Assembly: GCA_002633005.1 (NCBI GenBank)
Contig: NMRA01000182.1
Coordinates: 71,077 to 135,076 of the forward strand
Source of the DNA: Phoronis australis
Taxonomy: Eukaryota; Animalia; Phoronida
Direction of reading: 5' to 3'
Length of the DNA: 64,000 nucleotides
Shown here: one piece after another, positions 50,163 through 63,149 of the stretch
Position numbering within the stretch: position 1 is the stretch's first letter
How the letters are laid out: each line of letters begins with the position of its first letter
The notes under the pieces: generated by a model
Told to the model about the DNA's origin: nothing
Database searches by the model: none
Seen by the model: only the letters and a program-made list of their open reading frames with translations
Position numbers and translations under genes: made by a program

Positions 50163-51785
50163 ATGTTGGTTGCAGAGGATGTGTGCGGGACTGAGTGGAA
50201 ACGTCAGCAGGTATACGCGTCCGTTACTTCCATGCCTACTCATGGACACACTTTGGACGAGAAGGTTCCTATAGTAGAAATCAAACCGTTTACGAAGGAA
50301 AAGTCGGAATGGTGCCGTGCCAGATCACTACCAGAGTTTTACGAACGTGTTGACACAAGCGACGCTAATGGAACTAAACGTCCTGAATCAAAGGATAGTA
50401 AAGGACTCTCGGATTGTTTTACTCCGCGATCGCCGGCTTATACTTCAAAAATGCCGTCACCAAGGACTGCATTTCTTGCTGACCGTGCGGACAGCCAGCA
50501 AAGTACAAGTTTTCTTTTTCCTCCAAAAACGGGACTTGCAAAAGAGCTGTCAATGATTGGAGGCCGCGTCACTGCATGGTCCGATATTACTCCTTTCCCC
50601 ACGCCTCGCGCTGGTGTTTCATTTCTGGCAACACCGCGCGAGCGAGAATTCTATACAAACGAAGACCTTAGAAATGGTATACCAAACAAATGCGACATGC
50701 AATTTGGCACAAGTGTTTCGAATCCCGAAATACATTATTCGCCGAATCCATTCCTGAGAGTGGACGGATACAACTTCGGGCCTGGAAAATATTTTCAGCT
50801 CAACGCCAGAAACTACAGTCTGTATAAAGCGTACACTGCTCACATGGAAAAGAAGGAAAGCCAACGAGAAAAGGAATATATCTATAGGCGAATGATATCG
50901 GACTCTATGAAAAATCCAGCAGATGTTTATAAGTTGGACACGAATAGGAATATATTATCTCCGTTTTTTAACGTAAAACACGCACAAAGAAAAAGAAACA
51001 AGTCTAGAATGGGGACTGCGAACCAAAGGCATTCTCAGTGTCCTAGTTCACAGGGATATCGTATTGGCAGTGTTAAAAATTCTCTCGAGATTCTCGGCGA
51101 AATGGGGAAGCCAATGAAAATTGAAAAGCAACTTTCAGATGATCTCAACTCCACACTGAGCCAGATAAGAAAGAATAATTACACCTGCTTTACGCCAGCA
51201 CCCCCGCCGTCTCTGGTATCGCACTCTCATTTCCGTATTTCGAACTCTATGCCCACGCAAGGTGAAATTATGCTAGCCGAAGCCCGTTACGCGAACAGTA
51301 TTTCTACACGGCGTTCAGCTCCTCGGCCTATCACCCAAACTAGTAATTATACTCACAAAACATCCAAAACCGCAAACAGGGTCCCGTCACCCCGTGCCTC
51401 GGTAATAACTGCGTCTCAATACAAAAGCGAGCTGCAGGACTCTGGTATACAGAGTCCAGCGGAAGGACAACACCTTCCTCAGAGAAACGACCTCCTACAC
51501 CAGGAGCTACAATCGAAACTCAGCACGCTGGAAACCCGTGACAAGGCGAATAGAAAACAGCGAGCAGGCTCAGCCCCAGCTGCCGTCCAGGAAAACGTCA
51601 GTGTTCGAATTCACAGTGCTAAATCGGAGGACGATTCGCAGACCTCGCATACAAGACATTCGAAATACTTTCCTTCCAGAGGAGGCTCTCCTGTGAAGGA
51701 GGCGACTTTCTTGCACCCAGAGACGCCATCTTTAGTAATACAAACACCAGTGATACCTGAAGAGTCGAGTGACACGGAAACATGA
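50163..51785 (+). CDS. Orphan ORF F, 540 aa, S/P/R-rich, probably disordered
   Basis: 1.6-kb ORF. First ATG at 50163 (the track start at 50118 is GTG). Candidate acceptor gttttttccacaacaag ends at 50157. The frame is open across the acceptor, so an upstream coding exon is possible. Confidence 0.8.
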   Translation: MLVAEDVCGTEWKRQQVYASVTSMPTHGHTLDEKVPIVEIKPFTKEKSEWCRARSLPEFYERVDTSDANGTKRPESKDSKGLSDCFTPRSPAYTSKMPSPRTAFLADRADSQQSTSFLFPPKTGLAKELSMIGGRVTAWSDITPFPTPRAGVSFLATPREREFYTNEDLRNGIPNKCDMQFGTSVSNPEIHYSPNPFLRVDGYNFGPGKYFQLNARNYSLYKAYTAHMEKKESQREKEYIYRRMISDSMKNPADVYKLDTNRNILSPFFNVKHAQRKRNKSRMGTANQRHSQCPSSQGYRIGSVKNSLEILGEMGKPMKIEKQLSDDLNSTLSQIRKNNYTCFTPAPPPSLVSHSHFRISNSMPTQGEIMLAEARYANSISTRRSAPRPITQTSNYTHKTSKTANRVPSPRASVITASQYKSELQDSGIQSPAEGQHLPQRNDLLHQELQSKLSTLETRDKANRKQRAGSAPAAVQENVSVRIHSAKSEDDSQTSHTRHSKYFPSRGGSPVKEATFLHPETPSLVIQTPVIPEESSDTET

Positions 51786-54781
51786 TTTAGTATTGTGCTA
51801 ATCTAAAAAAATCACGGGATATGAGATTTCTGTTTTTGAACCCAAATTTTACAACCCTTTAAGCTTGTTTTAGTCCCATTTGTGTTACTGGTTGTTTTTA
51901 TCCAAATAAGTGCTTCAATTTGTCTTTCCTATTAAGTTATATCAGCTCCTGTCGTAACACATCTGTATATATAACAAGCAATGGGGTGTTTAGTTTTAGT
52001 TTTCGTTTCATGTTTCCACATTTTCAGTAAATAGGCTTCTGGGTACCCATTCTTCTTTTTGTCCATTATCGTTAAACTATGTTCAAATATGTCGCCAATG
52101 TTGTAACCCCGTTTTAATCTCAAACATTTCCTTCGAAAATAGTCACATCATTTGATTAACATTAACCCTCACGTCTTGAAAACTGACATTTATACGAGAT
52201 AATAAATAATCTAATGAAAGATCTTGTTACAACATGCAGTAATCTGTGTGATATCAATATTCTTGAACCGCGAACCAAGAAGAACACAACACTAAAGTGA
52301 AAACCAGCATGCAATAAAAACAACTAATTTTTGATTGAATTATTTTCCGCTATAAATCTGATTTCATCTTGTTCATAACTTACATTAGACGTGCAGAAAA
52401 TTACGAGTTGTTGCTGAACTTACTTGAGATGAAAGTCTTTTCATCTCAAGTAAATTTAGTAATGACTTATAATATGATTTTCTTCACATTACACCCGTAC
52501 TGAATGGGCTATAACATACATCGATTTACATTAGAAGGTCATTTCCGGGCTTGGTAAAACGTGACATTTCGTTATTGCTCGAGACTTTGCTCGGCGTTTA
52601 AGATGACCCTCCGAGACAAGACATCTTGTAAAAACTGCTTACGAAGTCTAGTAATGACGAAGTGCCAAGTCTTAACAAACCTAAAAATTACATGGCAACT
52701 AGATTATCCGCGCGGGACTCGGACTTACCCGCCTAAAGAACTGTTCTCCCACGCACGCTACTTCCCTCTCATGGACTTGTATGCCCCTCCCGCGCCATTA
52801 TTTTTGTCTCGCGGGCATGTTTCTTTGCTCAAACGCACATAACCTTGCCTACGATGCTCGTCGGTCGAGCTGCTAGACTTTCTCCACGTTAACCTCCCAC
52901 GATTGCTATTTCAACTTCTTTTCCATAAAAAACCGGATATCGTAAAATCAAATAAAAGTTATCCCTTTTTCTTACATATTGTGAACGTTACCCAATTCAT
53001 GAAATTTTTTTGAAAAGCATTGTCACTATATGAATATTTGTTGTTTTTTTTCATTTTTCCAGATTAAAGACAGTGGTTGTGAAGTGATTCTTTTTAAAAC
53101 AAATAATCGAAAATTGGCCTGAAGGTGTTTACAAGAAGAAACTATTCACAGTTGATTTGGCATTGGTCAAGCGTAAAAAGCCCGCACACATTTCCAGGTT
53201 AATCATTGCATTCAAACACACAACAAAATTCTCGTCTACCTCCCAGTAGTCTATTTCGCCATACAAGTGAAACCACAGAACCAAGGTAAACACTGCCATT
53301 TCGATTGCACTCACGTTACGAGGTGCCTGCATCTTCAAAACCAGTCACCTTTTGTATTTCAAAGGGTATTCTCCATGCAGGGAACGTAAAACAGTGAAAA
53401 CAGAAGCTAGGCGACTATTCCCTATCGTGTCTATAGCGTACTGGTGTCTTTTGGTGTTATCACCACTCATGAAGGATTTATTTGACAAAGTGGTTCCTCT
53501 TGAACATACAAATAAAACACTTGAACAGACAGGGCAAGTTAAAATAAAAAACATAGTATTGTTCGTGGCCTTTTGAAATAATGCTGTGAATAATGTGTGT
53601 TTCTCCGAAAAGATTCGTAATAAATAGCAGTTTTATTTAGTAGTGACACAGATTCCAACAATTACTGCCTACAATAATACAGTCAAACGCGATGAAAACG
53701 TTTAGTTTTGCGTTCCAAGAACACTTAACCATTAGGTAATTTCACCATAGTTTCACACCATTCCGATTTCCTTCGTGGAAGTTGAAAAATAAATATCTCG
53801 AAAGACGCCACAGAGGTTAAACAGAGCGCGAAATTCTCTGATACTTCGTGCGTTTATTCGCAACGTAAAAAAAACTCTGTTTTAAAAGGTTCGATATATT
53901 TTGACAATAGTCTATTTCCAGCAAACAGTTTAACGTCAATGTTTACTATAAGCGTATCTTTTGTCCATCTGATCAAAGCCAACACAAGCCTCATTTGACT
54001 TCCATAGTTATCAAAATCTAAAAAATTGAATGTGAGCCCGAGAAGAGCATTCAAATTCATTATGTGCGTCTGTTAATTACCAACATTAGTTACCAAATGC
54101 AGATAAATGGCTATTTCGTGGTAGTACCAAACCTTCGGGTGCCACAATTGTCGGAAATATTTTGAGTATTAGTAACAGGATATTGCATTTATCTTTGACA
54201 CATTTAGAGCATCAGCCCCGGGCTATTTATTATTGGCGATCATTCAAACACATATATAATGCGAGATGTGGTTTATTATGATTATCAAAAATCCATTTAA
54301 CACAATCATACAGTCAATAATACGCTTACAAGGAAGTAACGCATTTCTATAGATATGCGGGAATTTTCACCACTCGTCCTTCTAAGCGGCTTGTACCAGG
54401 ATCAAAGATAGCGCAGCGCCGGAATCAGGTACAATTGTGATGAACACATTGCCCGATGCGAGCATAAACTGCATTAAACACCTCTGACTGTACATAATGG
54501 CGAATTTTCAAAATGCATTAACTACTAATTTTCGTTATAAACGAACACCACGGCGGTATTCAACTGAAAAAAACAATCAAGTACGGTTTTCGATTTTTGA
54601 AAATCGATGAACTAATAATCTAAAAACTACAACCATTGTGTACGATTGATGATAAACTATCGCGCGTATTGATATACTCGGGGGATATACAAACGCTGAT
54701 CAGAGTTAACAATATCATGGATTCATTTTTTAATATTCTTTCAATCTCGTTTAATCAAATTTTTGACCAGGAAACAGTTGT

Positions 54782-55192
54782 ACTTAATTTGTGCCCACTT
54801 TTCATTTTTTTTTAACACTGACAAAAGAGCTACAATAGTTATATAGTCAGTGCCACCGAAATTGTCCAGAGATTCCAAATCTTCAGTTTGGTTGTCACCA
54901 TATTTGCACTTTTGTATATATTTTATGATTTGAGTTCTAATAAAGATTAAACTTTAATGACACGTGAAATGTTTAGTGTAGCTATATTGTGGTAAGTTTA
55001 GGAATGGGCTAACAATGAACTTAACTAATTAAGTTTAGCTGGCGATCAAAATCTACCACTGTTTTGGTACTTCAAGTTTAAAACTTAGATAAAGAGTTAT
55101 CAAGCCGTTCCCGGAAAGAAAAAAAAAGTGGACAGAAGCATTAAAAATTAAATAAAGGAAACCAATATGAAACTTATCGTTCCTTTGGGAAG
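54782..55192 (+). repeat. ~410-bp dispersed repeat, copy 2
   Basis: Diverged direct copy of 46382-46798. Confidence 0.85.
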
Positions 55193-56425
55193 TGGCCCTT
55201 TGCGAAGATAAACACAAGTTAACCTTTTTAGTCATTTTGTAATATTTATAATGTACCAAGTTAAAACTACTCTCCAGAGTGGCAGGCTATAACTCTGCAA
55301 ATGTCATAGAAAACCAAATTAGGGGTACTAACAACAACCATTGTTGAGACGGCAATGCTAGCAATTACCTTTCCACTTCATTAGCTCAGATATACATCAA
55401 TACAAAGGGCATGCTGAATAGGGATCGTAAAAGTTGTCTGGGGCTTAGGGAATCAGAGTGGTCACCAGTGTAAGCGAGAAATTCTCCACATGAATGTATG
55501 CCAAAAACGTATTTGTTGAAATCCCAATTTCGATATTTTTGCGCTATGTATCAAAATCATGAACTCACATTCATGAAAATGACGTCACACCACAAAACAG
55601 AGCTGAAAAAATCTATTTTTAGATCCCCTGTCAAGAATATGATTGTTTTTTTCAATCCGAGAGCCAAAACTATAATCATAAACTTTCCTTCATTTTAGGA
55701 ACATTTCATGAGCTGCAGTTGTAGTTACATTTCTATCTCCAAAGAATTTCATTTTAACTATTTTGAAAAATAGGCGATCTCGTAGCACCAATGTTCGTCC
55801 GTCATTGTACTGATTTGAGCTCGCGTACAAATTTGTTCAAGTGTACGTGCGAAAGGCGAATTGGAATACACTATGTCCTGAGTTTATCTGGTAGCACAAA
55901 AATATAATAATCACTAGATTGGTTCTAATCAAAAAATACTATCTTACGTTCACTATACGATATCTAAAGAGCAGATCAGTGTTCATGCAGAATGGTTGTG
56001 AACTACCAAGCATTGACTTTTAACCACTTCAGTCGCACTTCCATGAAAAATGAAGTAGACAGAGCTACTCGTTGACCAAGGTTCGTCTACAAACAGGGAA
56101 GAGTACTCTCCAAAGTCATACAATTATATCTGCCAATGAACCAGCCTTCCTTAGGGGGAAATCAGCAGTTTGTCATTAGACTACTTGAAACACTGCTTCA
56201 TGCATACAATGACATGCCGTGTCAAGCCATGAGCCGGATCTAGTCAGAGAGCAGTGTAGGAATTTCACAAGACCATGAATCACCTCAAGTTTGAGGTTTA
56301 CGAAATGGCAGCAGATTTCCTTGTGGAATGTCTTTTCGCTGGAAATCACACTGCTTTTAGCAACAAAGAAGAAACTGGAAAAGGATTCTCTACCCTACAA
56401 TAGGTGTGCTACACGTAGAATGCCC

Positions 56426-56654
56426 CAGTGGCAGATCTACGTTTTCCGTAAGGGGGGTTAGGATTCGCGCGAATCCGAGGCACGTCGCCCCGAGCGGAGG
56501 GAAGGTCTGGAGGGGGTTTCTACCTCCCGTGTAAGATGTTTTTTTGGTTTTTAGTAGCTGATTTCGTTTTCCTGGCGACATTTTTTTAATTTTTATTTTT
56601 GATCCTGTCCCGGGGGAGAAACTCCTTAACCCCCCACCCGTAGATCCGCCTCTG
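56426..56654. mobile_element. 229-bp hAT-like MITE
   Basis: TIRs cagtggcagatctacg and cgtagatccgcctctg match at 14/16. CAG termini and GC-rich interior. An 8-bp TSD is not recognisable. Confidence 0.7.
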
Positions 56655-59625
56655 GACCCGCCAATTGTCCTCCTTCACGGTCTGCAAGGCCGTTTTTATT
56701 ACCAACGTTCTTTTCTCATCGCCGTAACTCTTTTCTGTTGAGCTGCAATTCGTTTCTCATCAGCCAAAATTTCGTTCCTACTAACACAATTCTTTGAACA
56801 GATCGTAATAACAATTTCTTGTTATTAGAGTTATTATGTCACTTTCCACACTCAAAATGCCTATTTTTTCACTTTATGAATACACACATGCTGCTCTCAG
56901 GCAGCTCCTATTCGTGACAAAGATTCATTTGCAAAATATATTGATTCGTCATCGATACCTCAAATTTTATTTAAAGTTTTGAGATGGCGGGCGTCCCCTT
57001 CGTCCATTTTGGCCACGAGCGAATTTTCTAGGGGCATGCCGGAGAACACCAATGCCAACTTCCAACTCATGTTAGGTTTTTAAAACAATTCGCAGTAGTA
57101 TTTACAGAAACATTTAATGTGTTCAAATTTACGTCTTTCTATGATACTACGGTTTTGTTCACGAATAGAGCGCCCTCTAACTTCGATGGAGTAAGTTAAT
57201 AGGAGTGTACACTCCTTGTCTATATTCTACCCAAAGCAATAACGCCATATGCGAAACATGTGAGTAAAATCAAGCGACAAGTTGTTAGATAGTATGCCGA
57301 GATAATTTTTTTATCAGTTACCAAGCGGTAAACGTTAATGCATTTACAATTAGACAGACTAATTAAGTATAGACAAAAAGGCAGACGAAAACACGTCGAC
57401 CAACAATTGTGAAGACTGGCACTAATATAAAGAACACTGCCTTCGCCTAGAAATCATATTATAAACCTGGTGTATGCGCCTGTGTGCGAAACACGTGGAA
57501 TTTCTGAAAAATAAAATTCCATGATTTTTCTCGTGATAAATAGGCAGTTGAGACAAAATACGCCCAACTCAAAACGACTTCAAACGTGGCCAGAGTACAA
57601 CAAGTCTCCATAGTATGGAGCTTAGTATCAATGTATTATCACAAATTTAGATGCATTTTTTTATTTTTACGTATCCCATTGTTGCTTTGGCTACGACTCA
57701 CGATTAACTTTTCTGTCAAATGTGTTAAGATTAACTTTAACAGTCAGGTGCATTGGGGTCTGGGAATTGTGCCAGCGATTTGTAGTACCGTCACTTTGGA
57801 AGCTTTTCTTCATGTAAAGGAAATAAAATACTTTGAAGTTGACGCCATGTTAGATGATATGTTGATTTTTTCATTAATGCTTCTATAACCACATTTAGAC
57901 CACTTACGGTTATAAAAAAGGTCTCATTCGTTATAGGTTCCGAGACCAACTTAAAAAAACGAGATGCGTTGGCTTGTCTGAGACAGAGGTTGCGTGGAGG
58001 ATGGTATCAAGTAAAAACGATTGACAGTCTTTTATAAACTAAAAAAATAGTGTAAAACAAATTGGAACAGTTTTATAGAGCTGACATTATGTTCTAAATC
58101 GAAGGTTAGTTTGTTAGATTAACGGGAGGGGGGTGATTTACAACAGCTTTAGCTCCTTGGGTCAACATAGGTGTAGCAGAGTAAGGGTAACTCTCTCATG
58201 TGTAGTGGTGGTAGACTCAAGTGGTTGCACGTCCATTGACACCAAACCAGGCTATCAATAAGATGAGTATCAAATCAAATTTATTAAACCCAGAAAGACT
58301 CTTTGTAGATCACATGCTTCAAATTAATGATGTACACTTTTCAACAACTTTAAGCAGGTTTAGACAACTAAACAGATTGGAATATCTGTATAAATTTATA
58401 AATATTAATGTAAACTTTGGTCTCTATAGTAACATGACAAAAAGAGAAGTTCAGGAAAATCTAACAAAGACAAACAACAACAACAGCAATAACAACAAGG
58501 AGGAAGGAAATAAAGAATTATATATTGTAGGTCTATCACTGCAAAAACTATAGCAATAAAGGCTATTGCTCTAAAGATCACAAAAATACTCTCTCAAAAA
58601 TCAAGAGTCAAAGAAAGACCCAAAGTTCACTAAAAATTCAAGTAAACGCATCCAAATCAAAATAGTGCAAACAAGAGACATAAAATTACCTAGGACATGG
58701 GGAATCATTGGGGGACAGGTGATTAAATAAGGATCGTACATGCCATGTGTTGGTCAACATCATGTGACCTTAAATTCTTTCTTATACAATACTAAGACAA
58801 TGACTTGTAACATCAAAATTATATTCAGTGAATTATTACACAAATAGGACAAATCCCAAGGTGATATCAGGTGATATGAACCGAGGGAGGGTAATATTGT
58901 TCTCCCGAGATCCGAGGGATTAGTCTATATCTGTTGCATTACACGACCACTGATGCTTCCTGCTGCTGATTTCTTTGCCTCTTATTTATTTTGGTGTAAT
59001 CCTATCCTCTGATCAGGGTTTATGGTTTCTAGTGTCTGATTGATCAGATCGGGAATAGTGAATCTAATGTCCAGAATAAAAGGTATGCGGGAAGTTGCCA
59101 TATCACGCTTCAGCCAATCAGAAGCATCAATGGTCCTGTAAAAATACATAATGTGGCTCTTGTAAATAAGTAGCCATCTACACGAGTGCGTAGCAGTACA
59201 AAGTGTAACACGCATGGTGGAATGTGAAACAAACTTAGCACATCAATACTAAAAATGCAAATGGGTGATTCGGACTTAAAAAAGATAGAGAACATTATCA
59301 AACTCGTCAAATTCAGTTTTCAAAATGAATTTTCGAGTTCATTGTCAAGATATACCCTCATTCAAATATAGCAAGAAATAAATCACTTACCCATAAAGTA
59401 TAGTCATACAAGTCTTAAAAGATACCCTTTGGCATGTTAAAAAGACCCAGTTGACCCTGTTTAATAATGAAATACAATTAATCATTGCACATATGAAACT
59501 AGACAATAGAAAAATAGCACAATTGTGCAATCATGTCAAATACACAATCAAAAACTTTGTCAAAGTCTATAAAAATAAATTATTGTTTTCCATTAAAGAC
59601 ACTCAGGTTTGGTCACAGCAAGTAA

Positions 59626-60218
59626 TTATTTGGTGAGATGTTTCTTCTTCTTGATTGTTTTTGGCACACGTTTCTTCACCCTGACTGGGTCTGTTTTAGG
59701 TCGATTCAGCAGTCTCCTTTTGTTGTGCGTATGTCGTGTACTGGTGCTGCCATCGTTTGACGAGACTAAACTAACTGACGAATGTGAACGGTCTTCACTC
59801 TGGAGAGATGACGATGATGGGGAAGGATAAATGAAGCCAGAGTCTGGGTCTTTGGTGTAGTTGGCATCATGAGACGGTATTGATGGCAGGGAGTTTACAG
59901 GATGCTCTGATGGCGGATTGTACAAAGCCATGCAACTGTCCGCACGTAGACTCAAGGGCGTGTCTTCCGTTCTGTGAGCAAACTTTGATATGTCTGTGTT
60001 GGCCCTCTCCAGTTTACCCTGTGGTATGAGTTTGTTCAGGATCGCCATTTTTCGCAACTGTTGCTTGTATTTGTTGATGTTTTTCAGGAACCGGGGACAC
60101 CGGATGCACTCCTGACGAGCGATTCGCTTGACTCGAGGCAGTTCATCTACACACAGTTTACCAGCGTAGAGCAGACGAAAGTCTATGTTGTCAATGTTAC
60201 GCAATATATTCACTGCAC
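59626..60218 (-). CDS. MATCAP: MATCAP/KIAA0895-family peptidase, last exon
   Basis: Acceptor ttgtactttcag. Reads GAVNILRNIDNIDFRLLYAGKLCVDEL...PRFLKNINKYKQQL, matching the recalled MATCAP1 GIVRILRHRQTIDF...GKVSYED...PHFMQDLARYRQQL. Stop TAA. Confidence 0.88.
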
Positions 60219-61158
60219 CTGAAAGTACAAGGTAACCTCAACATTATCCTGAAAATGTACACAACAAATTGCTACCAGAAGTATACTCAGTACTAAGTCA
60301 GCCACAGCCAGATGGCAGCAATCTTAATTTGAATTTTAATTAAAATTTTCAGTGTCTTGACCTCATTTCGAAATTTTTACCACTATTCAATGTACAGGTC
60401 AGACAACAACATATACATTACACAAATAAAAGACAAAGCTGACACACAATATTTTATGTAATTTGCATTATTACTGTGAGAACAATTTATTAAATGTTCA
60501 TAGATGAACTGAACATTATACATGAAGCTTGACAGATAATAATAAATTACTAATTAATGTATGGAAAATATTAGGAGGTGAAGAGCATTTTTACAAAATA
60601 TCAAAAAAACATTCGCTAACATTTTCTTTAAAAAATACTTTTTAATCAGGAACAGAGTGGCATGAATGACACACACAGACCCTTAAAGCCATAGACTATA
60701 AACTTGAACTTGAATACTTACCATAAGTGGTCTAAATCAAAAGCCAGTTTCTTCAACACAGCATAGATTGATTGCATTTACAAATTTTCAAATATTTAAA
60801 GCAAGACTTCTTTGATTTTGTTAAAGGGGGACATCAGCAATTTTTACCTAAAAAAGCAAACCTCCTGACACATTTCAGTGATTATGCTTGTCCCAAGCGC
60901 CTTCTAGGCATGTATTAACAGTGAAGTCAGACAACCCATGACTTTCTTACATCCCCACTTTGCATTTTGTAGCACACACAGGTAAGGACCTGGGAACAGT
61001 GATTACGGTTGAGTAGGACCTTCAAAAATAGCCAAATTTGAAAATTCTAGATTTGATATCACTAAAATGAAGGGAAAAGGGGTACACCCTTGGATCTGCC
61101 CATGATTAGACTTAATGACAGCATACCCTGCCAGTGCCTGTAAACACCTGCAACTCAC

Positions 61159-61326
61159 CTTCAAAATAACACTGATCTCCGCCATATCCTCCAGTTCCAC
61201 TTGGGTCAGCCAGACCTCGCTTAACACGTGTTACAAATCTCCACCGCAGTTCTGGGTTCATTACATATCGACCAAGATGGGTAAACAACTCTTGAAATGT
61301 CATTGTCTCTGACATGCAAGCAGTAT
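61159..61326 (-). CDS. MATCAP: MATCAP/KIAA0895-family peptidase, internal exon
   Basis: AG/GT bounded, 168 nt, phase 1-1. Reads YTACMSETMTFQELFTHLGRYVMNPELRWRFVTRVKRGLADPSGTGGYGGDQCYFEG (family motif RW..C.R.KRG..D......DQ.Y..G). Confidence 0.9.
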
Positions 61327-61874
61327 CTATTAGAAAGAATATGTATTATTACAATTTTGACATAGTTTAAACAAAAATACTTATTTGTTTTGATGCACTT
61401 TAAGTCTTGTTAGCAATTCGACATCACTTGTAAGAATGTACAGATTGAAGTGGCATTAAAGTTGTGCTTTCTGTCAAAAAACGAGTTTTGAATTAGGCCA
61501 CATACCATTATAAAATTAGTTTGAAATTGTTCTTTACTAAGTTTAGATGTGATCTCAGAGATCTAAAAATGATTAAAAGAAACTTATCTCTCATGGTTGT
61601 AATGCATTGGATTCAAAACAAATTCTCGGCGACTGACTACCGTTCCCTAGTAAAGTTGTATTTCTCTCTAGGATTGTTCGGTTTTTGACATGAAAAAAGA
61701 TTTGTATGTCTGGAATTAGTTGCATTTGATTTTTGATTATTTACAAAAATCTCAATTCTCGATATAATGTACATCTATCAATACATGTCAGGATGTTGTA
61801 GTAAGTGTTTATAGTGATTTTCATGCAATAAAACTGATACATAATATTTTGTACAAAACCATTGTGAAACTTAC

Positions 61875-62043
61875 AATATGACAATGCAGCCACTTTCAAG
61901 TATTGTACATTAGCCTGCAGAACGGTGTTTATTGTAGCTAAGCCCTCTTCTGTCTGAACTAGTTCATATGATCTCAAAGAACGCAGACCAAACTTCTTCC
62001 GATCAGAGAACCACGGCTGTAGGCCATCATTCAACATACGGTA
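61875..62043 (-). CDS. MATCAP: MATCAP/KIAA0895-family peptidase, internal exon with TEEGLA motif
   Basis: AG/GT bounded, 169 nt, phase 0-1. Reads YRMLNDGLQPW...TEEGLATINTVL...AALSY. Confidence 0.9.
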
Positions 62044-63149
62044 CTGCATGTCAGTTAAGGGACACATCTTAATTCTAGTTTCCAGAAGTGACCATATTGC
62101 CTGATGGATAAAACTCAAAAGCACTGCATTTTACAACTTAGAAAAGAGTTAAGATTCAAGCACAAATGGAATATGCAGGTGCATACTTAACCGCTGGTAT
62201 AGCCAGAAGTATTCAGCAGGGGGGATAAATGCAAAATTGTCGGTGGGTGTATATGAAATAAGTGGATACCTGGAGACACTTTCCAATGAACAAGGGGACA
62301 AATGTAATGGGTTTTGGCCAGATGTGGACTTTTTGCAATGAACGGGGGGGGGCATGGCCCAATTGAGTCCCCCCCATTGGTCATACAGGTGTTGTTAACA
62401 AAAAGTAGTCTCCATTTTGACAGAAAGTAGTTACCCTGACCAGATAAGCTGCATGAGCACAGCATAACAATATATATTATAGCTTTCACATGGTGGGCGC
62501 AAAATAAATCTTGCACTGAAATTTATCAGTAGTGTGTGCAGCATACAACAAATATATTCATTTAGATAGTTTGGTCTGGCCACATGATTATTAGCTTACA
62601 TTAAGTCTGTTGGTAATGATCGCTCCAAAAAGTAATCAAAGATTTATACTTAAACAGTAAATCAATACACTTATAGATAGATTCTATTGATAGCGGTAAT
62701 GATTACTTCAACCATTCTATATACATTGTATAATAATAGTTTCACCAATCAAAAATTAATTCTGACATTGTGTGTTTGGAATAGGGTGTATTACAGTAAA
62801 TGCGTTGAGTGCCTACATGTCCTTGTTAAAAATATTATATGTTAAAGAAAAAAAATCTTGAATAAGAGATTTGATGCATTGGACCATGACAATCTTGGAG
62901 TACATGAGCCCTTCCCAAAGAGTCCAGGAAATCGAAGCCTTAAATAAGCCAATTTTTTTTTAACTTTCAACAAGTTTTGAAGTCTCTTCAACTACTGAAA
63001 GAGGGACAAAGATCTGAATGTGAATTTGTCAGGAGCATGTTCATACTGTTTTGAGCTACACCAGAAAATATGAAACTAANATTTACAAAAAACACAGTAA
63101 TTTAAACTTTCAGGATGTGGGGAGTTTTAGAAAAATATGTAAAGGATAC

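Noticed and set aside
6451-51785. The long ORFs as retroelement, transposase or viral genes
   Set aside because: No RT, integrase, DDE, gag CCHC knuckle or tyrosine recombinase motifs, and no LTRs or TIRs directly bounding them.
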